Shown here piece after piece: positions 12,676-23,390 of a stretch of DNA of 64,000 nucleotides (position 1 is the stretch's first letter; each line of letters opens with the position of its first letter). Source of the stretch: Tubiluchus corallicola (Eukaryota > Animalia > Priapulida); the NCBI GenBank assembly GCA_030141605.1, contig JAQGDQ010000713.1, positions 40,486-104,485 on the forward strand, in the 5' to 3' direction. A program made the translations under genes and the position numbers. Under the pieces are notes generated by a model. The model saw only the letters and a list, made by a program, of their open reading frames with translations. It ran no database searches and was not told the origin of the DNA.

Positions 12676-15530
12676 TTTAACTAACGTAATTTGTGTAACT
12701 GAGGTAACTACATGTAGTGTAACAGTTGTAATTAATGCAATTTGTGTAACTGAGAAAATCACGTGTTGCGTAACAGTTGTAATTAATGCAATTTGTTTAA
12801 CTGAGATAACTACATGTAGCGTAACAGTTGTAATTAATGCAATTTGTGTAACTGAGGTAACTACATGTAGCGTAACAGTTGTAATTAATGCAATTTGTGT
12901 AACTGAGTAAATCACATGTAGTGTAACAGTTGTTACTAATGTAATTTGTGCAACTGAGGTAACTACATGTAGCGTAACAGTTGTAATTAATGCAATTTGT
13001 GTAACTGAGTAAATCGCGTGTAGCGTAACTGGTGTTACTAATGTAATTTGTGCAACTGAGGTAACTACATGTAGTGTAACAGTTGTAATTAATGCAATTT
13101 GTGTAACTGAGTAAATCACGTGTAGTGTAACTGGTGTTACTAATGTAATTTGTGCAACTGAGGTAACAACATGTAGCATAACAGTTGTAATTAATGCAAT
13201 TTGTGTAACTGAGTAAATCACGTGTAGTGTAACTGGTGTTACTAATGTAATTTGTGCAACTGAGGTAACTACATGTAGTGTAACAGTTGTAATTAATGCA
13301 ATTTGTGTAACAGAGAAAATCGTGTGTAGTGTAACTGGTGTTACTAATGTAATTTGTGCAACTGAGGTAACAACATGTAGCGTAACAGTTGTAATTAATG
13401 CAATTTGTGTAACTGAGTAAATCACGTGTAGTGTAACTGGTGTTACTAATGTAATTTGTGCAACTGAGGTAACTACATGTAGTGTAACAGTTGTAATTAA
13501 TGCAATTTGTGTAACTGAGTAAATCACGTGTAGTGTAACTGGTGTTACTAATGTAATTTGTGCAACTGAGGTAACTACATGTAGTGTAACAGTTGTAATT
13601 AATGCAATTTGTGTAACTGAGTAAATCACGTGTAGTGTAACTGGTGTTACTAATGTAATTTGTGCAACTGAGGTAACTACATGTAGTGTAACAGTTGTAA
13701 TTAATGCAATTTGTGTAACTGAGTTAATCACGTGTAGTGTAACTGGTGTTACTAATGTAATTTGTGCAACTGAGGTAACTACATGTAGTGTAACAGTTGT
13801 AATTAATGCAATTTGTGTAACAGAGAAAATCATGTGTAGTGTAACTGTTGTTACTAATGTAATTTGTGCAACTGAGGTAACAACATGTAGCATAACAGTT
13901 GTAATTAATGCAATTTGTGTAACTGAGAAAATCATGTGTAGTGTAACTGGTGTTACTAATGTAATTTGTGCAACTGAGGTAACTACATGTAGTGTAACAG
14001 TTGTAATTAATGCAATTTGTGCAACTGAGTAAATCATGTGTAGTGTAACTGGTGTTACTAATGTAATTTGTGCAACTGAGGTAACTACATGTAGCGTAAC
14101 AGTTGTAATTAATGCAATTTGTGTAACTGAGTAAATCATGTGTAGTGTAACTGGTGTTACTAATGTAATTTGTGCAACTGAGGTAACTACATGTAGCATA
14201 ACAGTTGTAATTAATGCAATTTGTGTAACTGAGTAAATCACGTGTAGCGTAACTGGTGTTACTAATGTAATTTGTGCAACTGAGGTAACTACATGTAGCA
14301 TAACAGTTGTAATTAATGCAATTTGTGTAACTGAGTAAATCACGTGTAGTGTAACTGTTGTTACTAATGTAATTTGTGCAACTGAGGTAACAACATGTAG
14401 CGTAACAGTTGTAATTAATGCAATTTGTGTAACTGAGTAAATCATGTGTAGTGTAACTGGTGTTACTAATGTAATTTGTGCAACTGAGGTAACTACATGT
14501 AGCGTAACAGTTGTAATTAATGCAATTTGTGTAACTGAGTAAATCATGTGTAGTGTAACTGGTGTTACTAATGTAATTTGTGCAACTGAGGTAACAACAT
14601 GTAGCATAACAGTTGTAATTAATGCAATTTGTGTAACTGAGTAAATCACGTGTAGTGTAACTGGTGTTACTAATATAATTTGTGCAACTGAGGTAACTAC
14701 ATGTAGTGTAACAGTTGTAATTAATGCAATTTGTGTAACAGAGAAAATCATGTGTAGTGTAACTGGTGTTACTAATGTAATTTGTGCAACTGAGGTAACA
14801 ACATGTAGCGTAACAGTTGTAATTAATGCAATTTGTGTAACTGAGTAAATCACGTGTAGTGTAACTGGTGTTACTAATGTAATTTGTGCAACTGAGGTAA
14901 CTACATGTAGTGTAACAGTTGTAATTAATGCAATTTGTGTAACTGAGTAAATCACGTGTAGTGTAACTGGTGTTACTAATGTAATTTGTGCAACTGAGGT
15001 AACTACATGTAGTGTAACAGTTGTAATTAATGCAATTTGTGTAACTGAGTAAATCACGTGTAGTGTAACTGGTGTTACTAATGTAATTTGTGCAACTGAG
15101 GTAACTACATGTAGCATAACAGTTGTAATTAATGCAATTTGTGTAACTGAGTAAATCACGTGTAGTGTAACTGGTGTTACTAATGTAATTTGTGCAACTG
15201 AGGTAACTACATGTAGTGTAACAGTTGTAATTAATGCAATTTGTGTAACTGAGGTAACTACATATAGCGTAACAGTTGTTATTAATGCAATTTATGTAAC
15301 TCAGAAAATCACGTGTAGTGTAACTGGTGTTACTAATGTAATTTGTGCAACTGAAGTAACTACATGTAACATAACATTGTTACTAATGTAATTTGTGTAA
15401 CTGAAGTAACTAAATGTGACTGAAGTATCAGTTGTTACTAATGTAATTTGTGTAACTGAGAAAATCATGTGTATTGTAACAGTTGTTACTAATGTAATTT
15501 GTGTAACTGAAGTAACTAAATGTGACTGAA
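12676..15530. repeat. Minisatellite with a 96-bp higher-order unit made of two diverged 48-bp monomers (~29 dimers)
   Basis: Alternating ..gcaactgaggtaactacatgtag.. and ..gtaactgagtaaatcacgtgtag.. monomers; 32-aa period in the minus-strand ORF. Confidence 0.96.
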
Positions 15531-15880
15531 GCATCTAATGTAACACAGGAACAACAGTTAGTTCCACACTGTAATTAAAATTATGGAACTTTATAACAGT
15601 TGTAACTATTCTGACGACCAGATCCGTGACGGACCCGTTACATCTTAAAGTGCATAAATACTTAAGTCCTGCTAAAGGAAAAGCCCAAGTCTCTCCGGAA
15701 GTTGACCTTATTTTAATATTTGAGTAAAATATTGAAAAGTTAAAGGAATAAAATAAGCGCCTCGTGTGATGTGTGAAATCAGCTTAAAGGTGCAACAATT
15801 TCGTTAGCTGTTTGTTTTAGGGATGATCTAAATTTCTGTTGCATTTTTAAGCAACGCATTTTTTGCGAGCATATTGCGTC

Positions 15881-16812
15881 GTAATTTCAGTATGTTCAAG
15901 TCTATATTAATGTGCGGTAATGAATAAGGGTTGATTTTTCCTTTAATGCTCCATATGACTCTTTATTGTGTGGTAATTTCAGTATGTTTAAGTGTATATT
16001 AAAATACAGTAATGAATAAGGGTTGATTTTTCCTTTAATGCTTCTTATGGCTCTTTGTTGTGTGGTAATTTCAGTATGTTTAAGTGTATATTAAAATACA
16101 GTAATGAATAAGGGTTGATTTTTCCTTTAATGCTCCGTATGACTCTTTATTGTGTGGTAATTTCAGTATGTTTAAGTGTATATTAAAATACAGTAATGAA
16201 TAAGGGTTGATTTTTCCTTTAATGCTCCGTATGGCTCTTTGTTGTGTGGTAATTTCAGTATGTTTAAGTGTATATTAAAACACAGTAATGAATAAGGGTT
16301 GATTTTTCCTTTAATGCTCCATATGGCTGTATATTGTGTGGTAATTTCAGTATGTTTAAGTGTATTTTAAAATACAGTAATGAATAAGGGTTGATTTTTC
16401 CTTTAATGCTCCGTATGGCTGTATATTGTGTGGTAATTGCAGTATGTTTAAGTGTATATTAAAACACAGTAATGAATAAGGGTTGATTTTTCCTTTAATG
16501 CTCCATATGGCTGTATATTGTGTGGTAATTTCAGTATGTTTAAGTGTATATTAAAATACAGTAATGAATAAGGGTTGATTTTTCCTTTAATGCTTCTTAT
16601 GGCTCTTTATTGTGTGGTAATTTCAGTATGTTTAAGTGTATATTAAAACACAGTAATGAATAAGGGTTGATTTTTCCTTTAATGCTTCTTATGGCTGTAT
16701 ATTGTGTGGTAATTTCAGTATGTTTAAGTGTATATTAAAATACAGTAATGAATAAGGGTTGATTTTTCCTTTAATGCTCCGTATGGCTCTTTGTTGTATT
16801 GTAATTTCAGTA
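15881..16812. repeat. 92-bp tandem array, ~10 units
   Basis: gtaatgaataagggttgatttttcc recurs at 15917, 16009, 16101 ... 16745. Confidence 0.95.
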
Positions 16813-17509
16813 TTTTTATCGCTTAAAGCATTTACTAGATTGTTTGATAATTATTAGCACTTTTTCATAATTTTCAGTATTTCTATTTTTCACTAGACTT
16901 GACGTTTTGCAAAACCAACGAGGTAGACATTATATTTTCTAGAATTCATCCTATTTAACTTAGTTCGCGCAGAGCAATTTGAGCTTATAAAATTTTCTTA
17001 ACGGATGTTTGCATAAGCGGTATTTAAATTTGTTTTGCAAAGTTTGGAAGGTCTTATTTGCATTTCAAAACTTTTTTCCGAACTATAGTATAGGGCTAAT
17101 GATCTTTTTATGGTTGTGGAAGATGTCCACTCATTGGTTTACATTTTACATGGCTTTGCTGATCTTACAATGCCGGGAAGATGTCGTTTCGGATCATGTG
17201 AGAGCACCTTGGAAATGTGCCCAGCTCGATAGTCCATCTCATGGGACGGAGAACTCGTCACCGGCCGGGTAGGAACTTTATGCCAATAAACGGCATATTA
17301 ATATATAATGAATAATTATATATGAATGATAATAATGAATATTAACCTTAAACCACCTTCAGTAAAATAAAATGAAAAATAAACATTAGATACGAGAGAA
17401 AAGTATTGTCTAAACAACGTTCCCAAAGTTTATGGCAATACATATACATAGCTATGTAATTTCTTATTTAGCTTCTGCATTTTGTATATGTTGTTTATAA
17501 GAAACATTT

Positions 17510-18445
17510 TCTATGTACAAAGTTCTACGCGTAATGGTGGTAACATATTGGACCTTGCTTTTACAACAGCTGAATTGAAGAGAACTCACTCAGCTTCCCC
17601 CATGCATATAATATGCTTATGAAAGCGTCTTTGACAACTCCAGTTGTGAACAATACGTGAATTAATAAATCAGTGCAAATATAAACTATGAGATGAACTC
17701 TGTGTCAATTGGGAGAAGTTTGCCCACATTGATTTGTACTTCCGAGAGACAAGTGTGATTCTGTGAATAGGCAGAAGGTAATTCGATACTCATTAGCGAC
17801 ATCTGCAAGCAGTTGACGGAGAATTGGACCTGACCAGTCGAGTGACCAGCAGGCATTGCGCTATTGCTCTTAATTGATATAAGTGTTATCAAAGCTGGAT
17901 AATGTGAACTGTTTGCCTGGTAGCCATTGCGCACTTTTATTTAGCATTAACAAATAGTTAATTAGAAATATATGGACGAAACAGGACTATAGAGATCCTG
18001 ATGAGTTATACAACATAATGATCACTGTGTTATTATATCTGATAGCAATGCTGCCACAATCATTCAATAGTAGGTCTTACTGGATTTGTAATTCGATGAT
18101 GGATTTTGGGTTTAAGATATATTTTCCAATACATGGTTTTACAAAGTATAGAGTCATAGATATACAACCTGGCTCGTGAAAACGTACCTGACACAATTCT
18201 TGATTATGGAAACGAGTATCTGGTTTACAGGAAAAGCAGGGAGTCATGTGGCGGAGGAGTCTTGCTTATGCGAAAAACAATAGAAAGTGTACGTGTGTCT
18301 ACGTACAATGAAACGGAAGTAGTAGCTGTTGATTTAAACCACCTATGAAAAGTTTGGTAATTATATTCTTGAAAATGGATTAACTCAGTGTGTACAAAAT
18401 ACTATGTGTAATGATAATATATTGGACCTTGCTTTTGCAACACTG
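17510..18445 (+). mobile_element. Degenerate non-LTR retrotransposon (CR1/L2-like) APE endonuclease fragments
   Basis: Translated fragments YLVYRKSRESCGGGVLLM..TEVVAVDL (~18215-18345), GLTQCVQNTMCNDNILDLAF (~18375-18436) and STRNGGNILDLAFT (~17525-17566), interrupted by stops. Confidence 0.6.
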
Positions 18446-19964
18446 GTATCAGAAGGGATTGGCTGTAGTGTAGTTAAAAATGGTTTGCCATAAAGTAGTT
18501 TCGAACTAGCTATCTTTGGAGTTGAGATGTCTGCTTGTTCCTACTGACGTCTGTCTTCACGAATCCATATTATATCAGTGAAGTCTTGAGTCTCCCTTAC
18601 TAAACATTTTTTGCTTTAATTGTATGCTTGATTATATGCTTTCAAGCTCATGCATTTAGGTAGCGTTTCATATAAATATGTCTCTCGGTGGTGGTGGATA
18701 GGCCTATATATAGTAGCAATGTGAAAAAATAATGTTTAAATTATATGATGTTTATTCTTCATAATTGTGCCTGATGTTTACTTTGCATTAAGGAATATTT
18801 AACGAAATTACTACATAGAATGGTAATTAGCAAGTTACAGGAGCGTGAGCCAGAAGGCAAAATTACATTATGGCTTATGACAGTGCCAGTAATGCAAACA
18901 GCCTAAACTCAAAACCTACTGTGAACACTGAAAATTGTCTAAGAAATTAATAATGTAAAAACAGTATTTCTAGAAATACGACCAGTAAAACACAACTAAA
19001 CGTGGAAGTAAAGAAATAGCAAAGACAGCAAAGACTTTGGCTAACCTGTTCCTGTTAATCTAGTATTTTGCTTTAGGTGGAAGTGGATTCTCTCAACTTC
19101 AGTGGTGTTTTATCATTTGCTTTGTCAAAATGTCCTAAAATCTTTTCAGTTGAGCATTAAGAAATTAATTATAAGCTGTATATGCCTTGTGGCACTATTC
19201 TTGCTGGCACAATCTGGCAGTAATTTTCGAATCAGAACCAGTATCAAAATCAGATGCACAGATATAGATTAATATACAGCTTCTGTTACTGAACTGTAAA
19301 CATAAAAAATGCATATCTGTCTACCAGAGGTGTAAATTTCAGCGAAACCAATAATGTAAGTATCACGATTTTAACTCTTAAATATATAATTTATTCAGCA
19401 AGGTGGCTTTGTGGCCACAGATTTGTGTTTCGGTCGGTTTTTGAAAAATTCTTAAATCTCCTGATTTCGACCATCACATTGAAATTAAGTGGAAAAAGCG
19501 GAAATTCAACTTGCATGCTAATTAAACTTTTTAAAAGATTATGCAAAAAATTCCACTGAGTCTCTGTTAATTAAGCTAACAGTAAACTTATTAAACTAAG
19601 TTTATAATCGGTTGCATAGCTTCATCATTTCACTCCATCTACATTTTGTGTCAATTTTTCCTGCATGATGGCAAATGCTGCAAAGCAAGTGTTCTTCCGC
19701 TTTAGCTTTATAATTTAGCTTTAAAGTTTTAGACTTTTAAGGCTTTTGGAATCTAAAATCAAGAATTTGTACTACTTTGTAGTTTGAATTTCTTGATTGT
19801 GGTTTCTGAGAAAGTCCTCATAAAACATTTAAAATGCAGTCATGCTTGGTTTCTAGGTCTCTGTCCTGGGGGAGCTTACAGCCCATCTAGCTAGGTCCTG
19901 ACTCCTGACTTCAGTTTGCGATAGGGTGGCAATCCTAATTCTAATTTGTGCTGCAGTAAGTAAT

Positions 19965-20518
19965 TGTAACGCAACGAAGTTAAGCAACGTAGAGCCTGGT
20001 TAGTACTTGGATGGGTGACATCCTAGGAATACCAGGTGCTGTAGGCTTGCGGGATGCCCACACTGTATCTCGACACTAGGCGGAGGAGCTGCACAAGCAG
20101 CCAACGGCTATAGGGCGGAGGAGGTCAAGTAACCCAACGGCCATGTGTAGAGGAGTAAACCTTCAAAATCAGGAATGGAGCCCCGAAGGCGGACCAGTGC
20201 AGCATGCTCACTGACTCCGGCAGCTCCTGCAGCTCCTGCAGCCAACCTTGTGCCAAACGCATCGCTGCGCTTTCCTTTGGACTACACTGGGGAGGAAAAG
20301 AGGGGGTTCCTGTTGTCTGGGCAACTCAGGATCTCCATACACTTTGCCCAGGCGTGCGCCCTGGAGACGTTCAAGTGCTCAGCCACAGTCGACGCTGCAG
20401 CTCCATTAATGTGATCAATAACTGACTCTCTTGGCGCACATTCCATTGTCTTCCGAGACAGAAGGATACCAACTGTCAAGGATTTTGTTTGTCAAATTTA
20501 GTATAGCTATAAGTTACA
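19965..20518 (+). mobile_element. 5S-headed element: either a SINE3-like element (ending ~20473) or a 5S-bearing LTR (TGTAAC...GTTACA)
   Basis: GC-rich island that starts with the 5S segment. Inverted ends TGTAAC (19965) and GTTACA (20513-20518) are followed by AG-TGGCGAC. Confidence 0.5.
19975..20048 (+). ncRNA. 5S rRNA-derived sequence (3' ~74 nt including the Pol III internal promoter boxes); part of a mobile element rather than a functional 5S gene
   Basis: cgaagttaagcaacgtagagcctggttagtacttggatgggtgac..ggaataccaggtgctgtaggctt matches the 3' two-thirds of animal 5S rRNA. The 5' ~46 nt and an oligo-T terminator are absent. Confidence 0.9.
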
Positions 20519-21041
20519 AGTGGCGACACCTGGCCTCAATAGTCGCTTCCTACAGAATTTCCGGTCATTTAGGTTTCAAGGTGTACATGTGGTGACGTGT
20601 CTGTGTGAACTCATGATTTAATGCCAACGATGTACGTAAATTTTATTTAGTCATTTATTTTATTTACTGTAAGCTTCTCATTAATTTAATCATATTCGAT
20701 GTTTTGGTAGAAATGAATCAGTTTATTAAAGAAATTTATATTTTATTTCAGATAAAATGTAATATTTTGGGATGAAGCAAATGACTACGGGGCATGTGCC
20801 ATGAAAATGGTACAAGCAATAAACAGTTATACTGAGCAAATGATGACTTTGTTTGTTTGTCTCCGTAAAGCCCAAGCAATTTTATATCGGCATTCGACAA
20901 TCCAGAGTGGACATTTTTATACAGTCAACATATGACCCAGATTGTGACCTACTTCTGGTTTAGCTACTGTTTCGCGTACATAGATTGACTTTTGTAGACA
21001 GGAGAAGTTATTTGGTCATGTTTAAAGTTGAACACACCTAA

Positions 21042-23390
21042 ATGATGTCGGACCAAACAACAAGGGAGAAATTAAAAAATACGACCCGTGATCAGCTGCG
21101 AGAAATGCTGCGGGCCAAACAACTGTCAGTTTCTGGTAGTAAAGAAGAGCTAATTCACAGACTCTTAGCAAGTCAGCAGAAACCAGATCATTCATATAAT
21201 GTGACGTCATGTGAAGCGTCTGGTACGTCGTCGTATGTTGATGCAGCTACAGCGACAGCGCAGCATCAAGTTGGCGAGCGCAGCCCTTCCAAAGCATCGT
21301 CAGGTGCTAGTCATTCGAAATCTACGAGACGGTCGAAGAAAAGTGCGAGGGAATTAAAGTTGCATGAGATTAAGATTCAGGAACAGGAGCTGAAATTAAA
21401 AGCAATGAAATTAAAACAGTTAAGACTTGAGAGTGAAGTTGCTTCACATAGCAGTGCAACCAGTCAGAAGTCGCGTACAACCGTCACCTCGCCTGAAATC
21501 AAGGACGAGACTTTAGCTAGGAAACCCATGTCAACCAAGGACAAGGTTACCGATTGGCTTCAAGGAGTGCGTGACGTCACCAAAGCCCAGTCATCAGACA
21601 CCAAGCCTGCAGTTCATCATACGTCTATGGAGGCCTATCTCACCATGGCAACGAACGACAGTTATGCTGAGGGAGTTCTTGTCTTGGCACACAGTCTGCG
21701 TCGAACTGGTACAACTCGACATCTAGCAATTTTGGTCACCCATACTGTTTCTAGCAGAGTTATGGCAGAGCTTAGTAATGTTTTTGATTATGTACAAATG
21801 ATTGATTTATTAAAGAGTAGTGATTTTGATAACTTGCATTTGCTAGGTAGGCCAGAGCTAAATGTAACATTCTCGAAATTGCACTGCTGGGCTATGACAC
21901 GGTTTACTAAATGCGTTTACTTAGATGCTGATACTTTAGTATTAGAAAATATTGATGAGCTATTTAATTATAATGAGCTTGCGGCTGCCCCAGATGTGGG
22001 GTGGCCTGATTGTTTTAATTCTGGTATGTTTGTATTTCAGCCTAGTTTGGAAACTTACAGTAGATTGTTGTCACTATCACAAACTGAGGCCTGTTCATTC
22101 GATGGCGGTGATCAGGGTTTATTAAATTTAGCCTTTCCGAACTGGAGTTCACAGTTTGACAAGCGCCTACCTTATGTGTATAATGCTGCCGTCCAAGGTC
22201 GTTACGGTTACCTGCCTACAATGAAGCAGTTCAGTAGCAAGATTAAAGTTGCGCACTTTTTAGGCCGAAAGAAGCCCTGGGATTATACTGAATATGTAAA
22301 CGGGGAGATCTCCGTCAATTTTTCGGACTTTGAATCAGGTTTTCTTCGTAGATGGTGGGATATCTATTTGTCTGATGTACAGCCCTTCTTCGAAAATTCT
22401 CCTAGTGAAGTTTTAGAACCTAGCGTTAAACAAACTACGTCGTTCTGCCGTGCCGCATTTAAATCACCCCAGGTAGAACAAACTTTAAATACTTCTGCAC
22501 GTGACTTCGTCCCAGGGAATATGCATCTTCCGCTTCCGGCTACATCGCCTCAGGCTTCTTATGGTAGCGGAGTTCAAAATAGTTCTAGGAATTTCTCTGG
22601 TAGGGCTAGTCAGAATGACATGAACGTTTTTATGGACCTCATGTTAGAAGGCCAAAGACAACACTTAAATATGTACAATGCTATGCAGCTTCCACACGTG
22701 CAGCTTGAAACGTTTGATGGTGACGTAATGAGGTTCTGGAGCTTTATCAAGCGTTTCGAAGCCAGCGTGGAGAACTATACCCAAGATGATGCAGCGAGGT
22801 ACACTAGGTTAGCCCAACTCTGCATTGGTAAAGCTAAAAGAGTTGTTGACAGTTGTAATTACATGGACCCCTGTTTTGCATATGGGCATGCTAAACAGCT
22901 TTTAACCGAAAGAGTCGGCTCGCCATTTGTTGTCACACAGGCCTGGCTTTCCAGAATTGCTGAATTTGAGCCCATAAAGATAAATGAGCCGGGAAAGTTA
23001 CAGGAATTTTCGGATTTGATTGTGGCTTGTGTGGAAACTTTGAAAATAATGAACAACGTTTGCGAAATTAGTACTCAATGCAGTTTGCTACAAATAATTA
23101 AAAAACTCCCATTCAAGTTCCAGGATAGGTGGAAGGATGTTGTAGCCAGGCTTCTGAAATATGAGCACAGGAATCCGACGATATTTGATGTAGTCGAATT
23201 CACTAAGGACGCAGCTGACAAAATGAATCATCCTGTCTTTGGCGACATTAACGTTAGCCTGCCTACCAGGAGCCCAAGAGGTAAACGCGACACTAAAGCC
23301 AGGAATTTCGCCAACTCAGCGCAGGAAACTGCGTCAATTACGAAATGCAACAGTGAACGACAACCCGGAAATACAACAAGGAAGTGGTAG
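21042..23390 (+). CDS. gag: Gag-like ORF: SAP domain, coiled coil, glycogenin GT8 domain, BEL/Pao Gag core
   Basis: SAP-like TRDQLREMLRAKQLSVSGSKEELIHRLL; GT8 domain from MEAYLTMATND to WWDIYLSDV; Gag core LPHVQLETFDGDVMRFWSFIKRFEASV..IIKKLPFKFQDRW..NHPVFG. Confidence 0.92.
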   Translation: MMSDQTTREKLKNTTRDQLREMLRAKQLSVSGSKEELIHRLLASQQKPDHSYNVTSCEASGTSSYVDAATATAQHQVGERSPSKASSGASHSKSTRRSKKSARELKLHEIKIQEQELKLKAMKLKQLRLESEVASHSSATSQKSRTTVTSPEIKDETLARKPMSTKDKVTDWLQGVRDVTKAQSSDTKPAVHHTSMEAYLTMATNDSYAEGVLVLAHSLRRTGTTRHLAILVTHTVSSRVMAELSNVFDYVQMIDLLKSSDFDNLHLLGRPELNVTFSKLHCWAMTRFTKCVYLDADTLVLENIDELFNYNELAAAPDVGWPDCFNSGMFVFQPSLETYSRLLSLSQTEACSFDGGDQGLLNLAFPNWSSQFDKRLPYVYNAAVQGRYGYLPTMKQFSSKIKVAHFLGRKKPWDYTEYVNGEISVNFSDFESGFLRRWWDIYLSDVQPFFENSPSEVLEPSVKQTTSFCRAAFKSPQVEQTLNTSARDFVPGNMHLPLPATSPQASYGSGVQNSSRNFSGRASQNDMNVFMDLMLEGQRQHLNMYNAMQLPHVQLETFDGDVMRFWSFIKRFEASVENYTQDDAARYTRLAQLCIGKAKRVVDSCNYMDPCFAYGHAKQLLTERVGSPFVVTQAWLSRIAEFEPIKINEPGKLQEFSDLIVACVETLKIMNNVCEISTQCSLLQIIKKLPFKFQDRWKDVVARLLKYEHRNPTIFDVVEFTKDAADKMNHPVFGDINVSLPTRSPRGKRDTKARNFANSAQETASITKCNSERQPGNTTRKW
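21627..22391 (+). CDS. GYG: Captured intronless glycogenin catalytic domain (GT8), in frame within Gag
   Basis: Motifs AYLTMATNDSYAEGVLVL, RPELNVTFSKLHCW, KCVYLDADTLVLENIDELF, ELAAAPDVGWPDCFNSG, SFDGGDQGLLN, LPYVYN, YGYLP, HFLGRKKPW and FLRRWW are collinear with animal glycogenin-1. Confidence 0.96.

Noticed and set aside
12640-15159. 839-aa minus-strand ORF of T/V/I-rich repeats
   Set aside because: By-product of a stop-free 96-bp satellite frame; no unique sequence or domain.
10415-16812. Possible CRISPR arrays
   Set aside because: Head-to-tail repeats with no unique spacers, no cas genes, and a eukaryotic context.
17165-17272. GC-richer patch with a minus-strand open frame ending at a GTAAG
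   Set aside because: No recognisable homology or partner exons; it does not match the expected next PI3K exon.
19975-20048. Functional 5S rRNA gene
   Set aside because: Lacks the 5' ~46 nt and the oligo-T terminator, and is not in a tandem array.
21627-22391. Host glycogenin gene, or a plant/bacterial GT8 contaminant
   Set aside because: Intronless, fused in frame to Gag and lacking the C-terminal tail; the motifs (RPEL, APDxGWPDCFNSG) are animal glycogenin-type.
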